From the NCBI GenBank assembly GCA_964016885.1, contig OZ024740.1, positions 386,322,001-386,386,000 of the forward strand: DNA of 64,000 nt. The letters are read 5' to 3'. Of this stretch, positions 54,756-64,000 are shown in pieces (the first letter of the stretch is position 1; the number at the start of each line of letters is the position of its first letter). Source of the stretch: Eledone cirrhosa. Lineage: Eukaryota. Made by a program: the position numbers and the translations under genes. The notes below the pieces were generated by a model. That model was not told the DNA's origin, made no database searches, and was given only the letters and a program-made list of their open reading frames with translations.

Positions 54756-54801
<46 letters not shown>

Positions 54802-54892
54802 AACGATCGACTTTCGTCAAATCGGACCGAGGGAACAATGTTTCCGTTGGTCTTTCCAATTTCTAATACTATATATCGGTCGCAACTCCAGG

Positions 54893-55016
54893 TAGAAGGA
54901 GCAACGTGAAATAAAGTGTCTTGCTCAAGGACATAACGCATCACCTGGTCGAGGAATCGAACTCACAACCTTACGATTGCGAATCCAATTCTCTAACCAC
55001 TCAGCCACACGCCTTC
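54893..55016 (-). mobile_element. SINE family B-related tRNA head
   Basis: Reverse complement reads ggcgtgtggctgagtggttagag...gagttcgattcc...cttgagcaagacactttatttc. Confidence 0.8.
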
Positions 55017-55384
55017 ACTATATATATACATTCATATATATATAGCTATTTCAGAGCACCAATTCTAATTTTCAATTTCTGCTTGACCGGCAACCGCTCT
55101 GTATAATCAGCTCCTGATTATTTACTAGAATTCTATAAGAACCAAACATCCATGAATCCAGCAAACAGGAGGAGTAGTTGGCTTTGATAAGCATCAATAA
55201 ATGCGAAACAAGGCCTTGTCAGCTTTATCTCCCCTGTTTGCTGAAAATTACAGTAAGTGTGGCTGTCACTACTCTAAAACAATAGCATAAGGTCTTCGAA
55301 ATGCTTTTAATTAAGCATACAGTGTATTGCAAAATACACTATATATACATTCATATATATATAGCTATTTCAGAGCACCAATTC

Positions 55385-55390
<6 letters not shown>
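55016..55390 (+). mobile_element. Retrozyme-like unit with 319-bp period and terminal redundancy
   Basis: tacattcatata..gctatttcagagcaccaattctaatttt is repeated (gctatt at 55045 and 55364); central HHR. Confidence 0.8.
55159..55243 (+). ncRNA. Type I hammerhead, U3:A8 core
   Basis: ggcu-UUGAUAA-gcau caauaa augc-GAAA-caa ggcc uug-UC-agcu. Predicted cleavage after 55220. Extended stem I. Confidence 0.88.
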
Positions 55391-55440
<50 letters not shown>

Positions 55441-55541
55441 ACCAAATGTTAATAAGGTTCATTGATTACTCAATGAATATAGTTTTACAATAGATTAAAA
55501 GCACTCAACAAAGAAGTTTTCTGGAGTTATTAATATTATTA

Positions 55542-55611
55542 AAAATATTAATAAATGAAGACGTTCACATAATCAATGATTATGTGAACGTCTTCATTTA
55601 TTAATATTTTG
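55542..55611. repeat. ~70-bp hairpin of a pLTR-like 3' fragment
   Basis: aatattaataaatgaagacgttcacataatca-a-tgattatgtgaacgtcttcatttattaatatt; homologous to 58010-58050. Confidence 0.9.
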
Positions 55612-55652
<41 letters not shown>

Positions 55653-55655
<3 letters not shown>

Positions 55656-55728
55656 TGTGTCCAAAAAATGTATACACGTATTTATTAGAATGCTGTTAAA
55701 GTGTGTATACATTTTTTGGAACACCCTG
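55653..55728. mobile_element. 76-bp Tc1/mariner-type mini-MITE
   Basis: TA|cagtgtgtccaaaaaatgtatacac ... gtgtatacattttttggaacaccctg|TA. Confidence 0.8.
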
Positions 55729-56669
55729 TATATAGAGATAGGCATACACTTCTGTGTTTACGTCTACACCGCCTAATAAACTGGTTCTGTTTGTTTATGT
55801 CCTTCCTGTAAGTTAGCAGTTCGACAAAAGAAGATCAATGAGATAAAAATTGTCGCAGTCAAATGACTGAAGCAAGTAAAAGAAATAATATAACTATATA
55901 CACACGTATCAGCAAGGTAATAATAAAAAATCAGCAAGCTAGGCAAAACTAGTGTATTTAAGTTACTCAAAGTCATTTAATAATCGTACATTTAATATAC
56001 TTGCATTCAGGGACGGACTCATTGCACATATGAGGATTATTTTAAGTCTAGTGATAATTTAAATTCAAGATCTATTTCATTTATATAATTTATTAAAATT
56101 ATATGATGAAAATAGCATTTATATAACTCATTAAACAATAATGATAAAGGAGAGAAAAAAGAGGGATGGGGAATTCACCACCAAGTGCGACAATCGGCTG
56201 CACTTCACATCTTAGGGGTTAATCATGTTAATTGGGTTAATAATTGTTTCTAATGACCTAAAATGTGATATTTTATGTATCGATTCAAACCTCTTTTTCT
56301 TTCCTTTATAATTTTTGTTCAAGAATTTATATTATTGTGTTGTTATACACGGTTTAGATATTATATGTCTTTCTGAACGAATTGCGAGCAATTTATGTTA
56401 TTTACGCATTTGTTATGTTATTTATGTATATATTTAAAACATATTTGCAACGTTATTCTACTGTAAATTTATACAATTGTAAAATAAAGTACACAATATA
56501 TTACTACACATTTGCCAAAAAGTGACTAGTGGCCAGAAGTAGTGCCCTTTTCTGGCTATAAAAAGATGGTGAAAAAAAACCGTTACGAATTTTACCGCCA
56601 AAAGTACGAAAGGCGTGAAAATGTCGTCGAAAACAATATGTGCATATAAGATGAAAGAGAAAAGAAAAG

Positions 56670-56807
56670 TACATACGATAATTCCTTACTACACATCCAT
56701 ATATACACACAAATATATATATATTATATTATATATATATATATATAATATAATATATATATATTTGTGTGTATATATGGATGTGTAGTAAGGAATTATC
56801 GTATGTA
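56670..56807. repeat. 138-bp palindrome centred on a TA microsatellite
   Basis: tacatacgataattccttactacacatcc... is mirrored by ...ggatgtgtagtaaggaattatcgtatgta. Confidence 0.95.
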
Positions 56808-56861
56808 TATATATATATATACGATATTAATAAATGGAAACTATATTTATAAAACCATATT

Positions 56862-56926
56862 TATTTCATTATACATATTTCAGGGATACCACATTAAATT
56901 ATGGTATGCCTTCATCAGACAAAATA
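56862..56926 (-). ncRNA. Type I hammerhead (left arm)
   Basis: Mirror of 57080-57144. Confidence 0.8.
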
Positions 56927-57079
56927 CAATATATAACAGTTTTACAAATAGGTTTGACGTACCTTTTAAAATACAACCATTTCTTTTGGAGGCTGTGGGC
57001 ACTATCCAGACAGCCTCCAAAAGTAATGGTTGTATTTTAAAGGGTACGTCAAACCTATTTGTAAAACTGTTATATATTG

Positions 57080-57144
57080 TATTTTGTCTGATGAAGGCAT
57101 ACCATAATTTAATGTGGTATCCCTGAAATATGTATAATGAAATA
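57080..57144 (+). ncRNA. Type I hammerhead with minimal stem III (right arm)
   Basis: uauuuugu-CUGAUGA-aggcauaccaua auuuaa ugugguaucccu-GAAA-U-AUGU-AUA-augaaaua. Predicted cleavage after 57136. Confidence 0.82.
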
Positions 57145-57384
57145 AATATGGTTTTATAAATATAGTTTCCATTTATTAATATCGTATATCTACTCCAAAA
57201 ATTTGTCGAGTGCTTTATATCAGTTATAAAAATATTTACTTGTTGGGTTATTTATTTATTTTTTTTACAAAACGAAAAATAACCGAGGTGTCCTACACGA
57301 GTGAAAGTATAAAGAAAAAGAGATGAAATCGAAAATGCAACTGGAGTCTTATTTTAAAAAAAATATATATATATTTATTTGGTT

Positions 57385-57419
57385 CCTTTACCGGTTTCGC
57401 AGTTCTGCTTTTCAAAAGG
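57385..57419 (-). ncRNA. Minimal hammerhead, UUGAAAA core, within the element at 57260-57455
   Basis: ccuu-UUGAAAA-gca gaac ugc-GAAA-CCGG-UA-aagg. Confidence 0.72.
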
Positions 57420-57450
57420 TGAGTTGAGATGGAGGGTCTGTGGTTTTTCT

Positions 57451-57517
<67 letters not shown>

Positions 57518-57695
57518 CTCACAATAAATAAAATGTTAAATAGCAATTAATATACATATATATATATATATATATAAAACGGTGGTGATGATGATGATGA
57601 TGAGATATATATATATATATCATCATCATCACTGTTTTATATATATATATTAATTCAAAATATTAACAAATATAGACATTTATGTGATCAAGTAT

Positions 57696-57760
57696 ATTTT
57701 ATTATACATATTTCAGAGGTATTGAGCTATTTTCAACAGTACGTCCTCATCAGATAAAAT
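57696..57760 (-). ncRNA. Type I hammerhead
   Basis: auuuuau-CUGAUGA-ggacguacug...caauaccucu-GAAA-U-AUGU-AUA-auaaaau. Confidence 0.78.
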
Positions 57761-57940
57761 AAGTTGATGCTGACATACCTTGACTATGTTGATGGTTAAA
57801 ATTCAGTCATGGCAGAGAATTAGTTATGACAAAACTCAATATTTATATACCTTAAGATTGAGACATGAAAAAATTACATATGATACAGAGGGTGCGTGTG
57901 AGAAAGCTTATAAAGATTCATAATAATAAATAAATAACTA

Positions 57941-58012
<72 letters not shown>

Positions 58013-58052
58013 TTCAAAATATTAACAAATGTAGACATTCACGTAATCAAAA

Positions 58053-58122
58053 TATATTTTATTATATCTATTTCGGAGGTACTGTGCTGTTATTTCAGTA
58101 CGTCCTCATCAGATAAAATATA
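58053..58122 (-). ncRNA. Type I hammerhead
   Basis: uauauuuuau-CUGAUGA-ggacguacug...caguaccucc-GAAA-U-AGAU-AUA-auaaaauaua. Confidence 0.82.
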
Positions 58123-58130
58123 ATCTTTGG

Positions 58131-58172
<42 letters not shown>

Positions 58173-58445
58173 TTATAAAAAAGTAATTTTTTTAAATATC
58201 TCACACGGGTAGTAAAAAAATTATTATGCCTAATCATGTGACAGTCAACAATAAATAAAATGGTAAATAGCAATTTTGAGTCACTTTTTCTGGCTCAAAA
58301 AACCACTGTACCTAATCATGTGATTGTCATCAACCAACCAAATTACATTTTAAACAAATAGTAACTTTTTTTGTATGGAACAGAAAGAATTTTCAAACTC
58401 CACCTTGATATGAAACACACTACAACAGAAACACAAAACCTCAAT

Positions 58446-58489
58446 TTTACTTTTGAAAATCATAAGAACTGTGAAACCAGTAAAGTAAA
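58446..58489 (+). ncRNA. Diverged UUGAAAA-core hammerhead
   Basis: uuuacuu-UUGAAAA-(weak stem II)-GAAA-CCAG-UA-aaguaaa. Confidence 0.55.
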
Positions 58490-58600
58490 TAAATATTCTT
58501 AAAAGACTCCATTTACATTTCAATTTCTTTTCCTTATATATATAAAATAATTAAGTCAAATAGGTAAAATTTGGCTTCGTTTATTATATATTATAGATAT

Positions 58601-58655
58601 ACTGCTATATATATTTCGGTGACAGCCATCATTGGCTGTGACGTCTTCAGGCAGT
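58601..58655 (-). ncRNA. Minimal type I hammerhead
   Basis: acugc-CUGAAGA-cgucacagcca auga uggcugucacc-GAAA-U-AUAU-AUA-gcagu. Confidence 0.75.
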
Positions 58656-58754
58656 CTGAATTGGTGTGGTAGAGACAGGTACACATGTTGTTTAAGTGTG
58701 TTTTACTCCGTCAATACTCCGATATGTCCAGCTCCTGATTGCGTTGTTATTTCT

Positions 58755-59202
58755 CTGTGTACGGTTTATAATTTGTTATCCCATTAGTAAAATAAGTTGG
58801 ATTACTTTGAATAAATAATGAATGAATATTACATAATTTATCTACTAAATTTCGTAGCTGTTCATTAAATATATTTTATTATTTATTTAAAGATTCACTT
58901 CTTTAAAATTTTCAAATGTCAACACTTCCAGTGGCGATCGCTTAAATAAACATATTAATTTTCTGTCACTAATTTTCTCCTAATGCAGTTTATATATAAT
59001 ATCGTCTTTTTTTAATGTATCATGAATTACGTTACTGATTACATAAGAGAGTGTAACACAGTCTTCGTTCAATTTCTGTGTATATTGTCAATTACGATTT
59101 TATTTGATGTATCATATCTACATGTATATATACTTGCGTATAATATCAATACACACACTACACAAGCTAGCAGAAACCTCCCGAAGGGTGATTTTCTGCT
59201 AG
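58755..59202 (+). mobile_element. Helitron-like element, second copy
   Basis: Homolog of 17876-18505; terminal hairpin followed by CTAG|T. Confidence 0.6.
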
Positions 59203-60080
59203 TATATATAATTGAGTGACACAACTTCAAGTGATTAGCAATTTTTAGACACCCTAATCAATGACACAATTGTTAATACTGTAAATAAAAGCCTTTTTGT
59301 ACTGTTGACCATGTTATTCTTCACTCTTTCACCATATATATAGGGGGGGGGGGTGTAAGCGATTCCATTTAATTGCTGACTTATTGGTTTCATGTTTGTC
59401 TGAAAAACTAGTAGTTTGTTGAGCTACTTTTTGCTACCAAGCTTGATCTCTTAGTCGTTAGTGGCAGCCATAAGCTGTTTCATTCTTTACAAGCTATATT
59501 TTAGCCTTGGTCTAGCCTCAATATATCTTTACCAATTTAAATACATGTACGTTTATCTGGTGTTTCTCATCACTGATTATCTTCTCTGTTTACATGCAAT
59601 TGACTCTACAATATAAATTATTCCATTGACATGAACATTTTCTACACATTATCCTTTCGACTGTGTACAACACTAATGTATGCATGTTAGTACATTCTCC
59701 ATAACACATTTCTACTAGACTAATTATGTAATTGACTTATTGATGTATAGTTTCACAAAGATATTTATGTAAGCTTTGCCTTCATTGATGTTGCAGAATC
59801 AGAAATTGCTAGAAATTAAAGATTGTTCATAGGAATAAAAATGTTAATGAATTACCTATAAAAGTTTCTTTCCCAAAACTGGCCTCTTTCGATCTTGTTG
59901 GTAAAATAGTGATTACATAACATGTAATTTGAAAATGTGGGTAAAATAAGAGAGAATTCGGCAGGTATCAATTTTCAACATGAATCAATGCAAATTTTAC
60001 ATATTTATTTATTTAATCAATTTCAATGCCTGTATAGAGCTAATAAGCCATGACAAACTCAGAGAGGTATCTTATACTCC

Positions 60081-63000
60081 TATAGCTTGGGTTAAACTAT
60101 ATGCATAATAACGTTGACAACAAACTGTGACTTGTTAATGTGTAATGAACATTGACAAATTTAAGAAAGATAAGTCTATCTCTAAAGTCTGGCCATATTG
60201 ACATGCAAGCTGGGATATTTACTGCTGTCCCAGTTCAATACCAGGTCTGCAGTAAATTAACACAGGCAATTGTTTGTCCTCTACAAGCTTGCAGGCAATT
60301 CTCTACATAGCTCCTCCTCAGAACTGTTTATTGCTATTGGAACTGATAAGATGTTTTTACCACCCATCCCGTGTATGTAGCTATTTGGTTTTTTGGCTAC
60401 TGTTCGTCATTGGAGGTTGGTGTGATTTGCCAAAGATGGCCACTGTTTGGTGGGTGAGCTATCAATGTGGAGATGGGTTGGCTTCAATCTATTGATGGAA
60501 ACCATGTCCTGTTGTCTGGATAAATCACTTTGTATGGTCCATCATAAGATTATTGAAGGAGTTTTCACCATGCATTGCAATGATTGAACACAAACTTTGC
60601 TTTATGAAAGTCATTAGGAATAGAAGATTTCAATGTACCATGCATTGACATGTCTGTAGAGCATAACTGGCCATGATATCTCTCAGCTGTTCATGATAGA
60701 TTTTAGCATCAGGGTCTGACTTTGTGTTTGGAATGAAGTCACCAGGAACAGTAGGCAGGGTGCTTTACACCATTTAAATGGATGAGGTGTTATGGTCTTT
60801 CTTTGGGGCAGTGTGGATCTCCATCATCACCCATGGGAGTTGGTTGATCCAGTTGTGCCTGTTAACTTTAGTGATGAAGAACTCTTTCAAGTGGTGATGA
60901 AATCATTCCACCAAGCCATTGGCCTGTTGTGTGTTTCATGTTGATGCCAAAAAGCTCACACACGTCATCCACAGCCTTGAGGTCTTTAGCAAGAGCTTCT
61001 TTTGTGGATTCGAAGGCTGAGGTCATTGCACTGTCCTGCTCCTTGTTTGTTGGAACTTTTTTCTGATAGTGCTTTGTACAGTAGTCTCATCAATTTTGCT
61101 TCAGAGGGGAAAAACGATTATAAAAGTTTACCATTTTTACGAATTGGTACAGAGCCTTACTTGAGAGGAAGTGTGGAAAGGATAAGATAGCTTTCTCTTT
61201 TTCTGTGATTCGATGTCCAAGACACTCTTGGCAGGCTTAACTACCAAACTATATTGTTCAAGATTATCAAAAAGAGCCAATAGGTGCTTCTTGTGGAGTT
61301 TCACATTTTGACTTGCAATAAAGACACCATCCAGGTATGCAAAACCAAAGTTTAGACCCATGCGCACAGTGTCCATCATGTAGAAATTTGTATACTCCAA
61401 AGGAGTGCTAACAGCAGTCTAAGGAATTTGTACAGGTATTTGATGATTTGTACAGCAGTCTAAGGAATTTGTACAGGTATTTGATGATTTGTACAGCAGT
61501 CTAAGGAATTTGTACAGGTATTTGATGATAACCTCCGATAAGGTCGATTTTTGAGAAAATTGAGCAACTGGCTAACTGAACTAAGAAGTTTTGTGTTTGC
61601 AGGAGTAGCAGTCATGTGTAGTGCTTTTGTTGAGACAGCATTGGGTTTTGGTGTCACATGTAGAGGTGATGACCAGGGACTGTTTGACGAACAATATCCA
61701 AAATTTCCATATTGTCAAACTCAGCCTTCACGATAACAAGTTTGTCTTGGGTAGATGACACATGCAGCTGTAGGACCAGAGGCTGGAATGTGATGTCTTA
61801 CTCCATGGTGAGTTGTGGGTTGGGAGAATATCAGGTTAGTGAGTTTCGGGCAGTTCAAAAAGAGGTATGAGAACTTTGTCTTGGTCAGAGAGATGGCTGC
61901 TATGTGAGGAGCCACATTTATTGATGTTGCCAGAGAAACAGAGGCATAAATGTTGCTGATTACAAGTCATCTCTGTAAGTCTGCTCCGATGATAGGCTGA
62001 TGGACATCAGCAATGATGAATGCTCATCTATATTCTTGTGAGCCTATGTAGAGGGAGAATGTGGCATCCATACACTTTGATTGTAGAACCATTGATGGCT
62101 GCCAAAGGTTGACCTCACTCTCCACAACGGCAGTCCTTTGAGATTCCGGGGTGACGCTGACTTCTGCTCCTGTGTTGATTAGGAATCTTTGTCTGGAGAT
62201 CCAATCATGGACATACGACAGCAGTTGATCATGTTTGCTGGCCACTAGGGTGTGTTTAACAGTGGCCAACCTTGGAGTCGATGATGAGTAGTTCTTCAAG
62301 TTGTATGGTTGTTTACATCTGGCAACTGTTGCTCTAAACTTCTTGTGATAAAAACATATTATCCTGTGTGACCTCACCATGTCTTGTGGCCAACTTCGTG
62401 GTATTGATCATAATACTTATCAACAAAAAAATGTTTGTCTGCTGATCTAGCAAACTCTCATAACTCATTGATCTCGGTCTGCATTATGAGAGGTGGGTGG
62501 GCATTTTACATAGGAATATCTCCCTAAATAGAAATCAAGTGTTTCATCAAGGGGCACTAATGCCAGCACTCTGTCAATCAGCTCTGAAGGCTTGGAATTA
62601 CCTATCCCATTGGTATCCAATATTCTGGTTGCCTCCTCCTGATTAGTCAACCAGAATGTTTTAATGAGTCTGTTTTTTTAATGTTTTGTATTTCTAAGCA
62701 GCTGGTAGTTTGATTAAAGTATCTAACACCCTTGTTGCTGTGTCTTCGTCTAGCACTGCTGTCACATGAGTATTTCATTAAATCCATAGTGATGTTTTTA
62801 ATAGTAAACTGTGCCTCAGCTTTGCAAGCAATACTTTGGCTCTTTTTGACCAGAACTGGGGAAGTTTCAATGCAATGGCATTTTCACTTGTCATGATTAC
62901 GTGCTATTTTTCTTCTCGGCATCACCATTTATAGCTTTAGTTAAACTATAATGTTGATGACAAACTGTGACTTGTTGGATTATTATTTAATGAGTAATGA

Positions 63001-63152
63001 GCTTTGACAAATGTAAGAATGAAAAGTCTACTTCTGCTGTCCAGCTCTAATTCCAGGAAAGCTGGGAATATTTAGTGCTGCTCCAGTTCAACACCAGGTT
63101 CACAATAAATGAACACAGTCATCCTCTACAAGCTTGCAGGTAATGCTTTACA
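60081..63152 (-). mobile_element. Decayed, internally deleted gypsy LTR retrotransposon with both LTRs
   Basis: LTRs at 60081-60307 and 62930-63152. PBS-like tggtgatgcc; PPT gaggaggagc; protease FLINTGAEVS; RT FAYLDG; integrase remnant. Flanks ctcc/cacc. Confidence 0.9.
61411..61528. repeat. 41-bp tandem repeat, ~2.9 copies, inside the gypsy RT
   Basis: acagcagtctaaggaatttgtacaggtatttgatgatttgt starts at 61411, 61452 and 61493. Confidence 0.95.
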
Positions 63153-63239
63153 CACCATACAATTATGAATCAAAAATCAAAAATGATAGAGGGATGAAAA
63201 AAAAAAGAAAGGGGACAAGAGAATGCAAAATAAGTTTAA

Positions 63240-63459
63240 CCCTTTAGCATTTAAACCGGCTGTATCCGACCAGAATTCTCTCACCTCTTTCTGTTGAAAC
63301 CGGCCATAACTGGCCATTCATACTGACGTTAAGGTATTGTTCTCAAAATAAATAATATCAAAATCTCATAGATTCTATATTATGTGAGATAATATGTGAG
63401 ATAAAGCCTTTACTGTGGAAATATAATAGTAAATATGGAATAATATAAATGCTAAAGGG
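63240..63459 (-). mobile_element. 220-bp TTAA MITE, complete
   Basis: TTAA|CCCTTTAGCATTTA ... TAAATGCTAAAGGG|TTAA. Confidence 0.92.
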
Positions 63460-63469
63460 TTAAATAAGA

Positions 63470-64000
63470 AAAACAGGTGAAAAACAAGGAGAGCAATAAA
63501 GCAGATAAAGTTTCTGTTGAATTACTTCGGGGCCACCATTTACTGAAAGATCTTGTTAATGGTTGGTAGAGTTTGGGGTTAATTGATATAGTGAGGGATA
63601 TTGGAAGAGAGTTCCATGTAGTAGATATAGAGAGCAGGAGAGTTTGGTGTTAATTGATATAGAGGGGGGATTGGGATAGAGTGTTGTATGCATTTCGGGG
63701 CCACCATCTACTGAAAGATATTGTTAATGGTTGCCCATCAAATCTTGGTAGGTTTTTAAAGACAAGCTTCAAGATTTTGTCTTTCTCAGACTGGTAGTCT
63801 TTACATTAGAATAAATAGTGCTATAGAGTTTCTGGGTAGTCTCCACAAGAACACAGAGGTGATTCTATACAGATGTTGAGGAAAATATACATCAATAAGT
63901 CAATTCTATATGTTGTATACAATGTCAGGCGGATAATGTATTTAGAAATCATTCTGTCAAGGCTAAAGATCAAGGTTATCGTTTTGCTAGGAGAGAGAAT
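63470..64000 (-). mobile_element. Probable decayed LINE 3' fragment with local duplications
   Basis: cggggccaccat.tactgaaagat.ttgttaatggttg is duplicated at ~63528 and ~63696; LINE-like composition. Confidence 0.4.

Larger units (their letters stand above)
56817..57189. repeat. 373-bp fold-back with ~180-bp arms, each carrying an HHR
   Basis: The arms differ at about two positions around a short central loop. The right arm continues into a pLTR-like end (tttgtcgagtgcttt). Confidence 0.97.

Noticed and set aside
61411-61528. CRISPR-like array
   Set aside because: Contiguous tandem units with no spacers, inside a retrotransposon in eukaryotic DNA.

Overview
AT-rich, repeat-dense animal genomic DNA. 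The SINE and MITE families suggest a cephalopod (octopus-like) genome, which is an inference. There is no intact, recognisable protein-coding gene; almost all listed ORFs are transposon remnants or microsatellite noise. The mobile content is decayed RTE-type LINEs (one with a twin-priming inversion), a near full-length L1/Tx1-clade LINE plus a 3' fragment, two gypsy remnants, a solo LTR, a DD37D Tc1/mariner nested in a LINE, two tRNA-derived SINE families, TTAA MITEs and a Helitron-like pair. A few orphan exon candidates are also present. The main signal is a cluster of about 14 type I hammerhead ribozyme (HHR) motifs between 40 and 59 kb. They lie in short non-coding elements resembling Penelope pLTRs or retrozymes, mostly in or beside (TA)n microsatellites. 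Two families use the compensatory U3:A8 core (UUGAUAA and UUGAAAA), with stem covariation between copies. Several elements carry fold-back palindromes at their 5' end, and one 319-bp unit is terminally redundant. All structures were folded by eye, and the ends of decayed elements are approximate.
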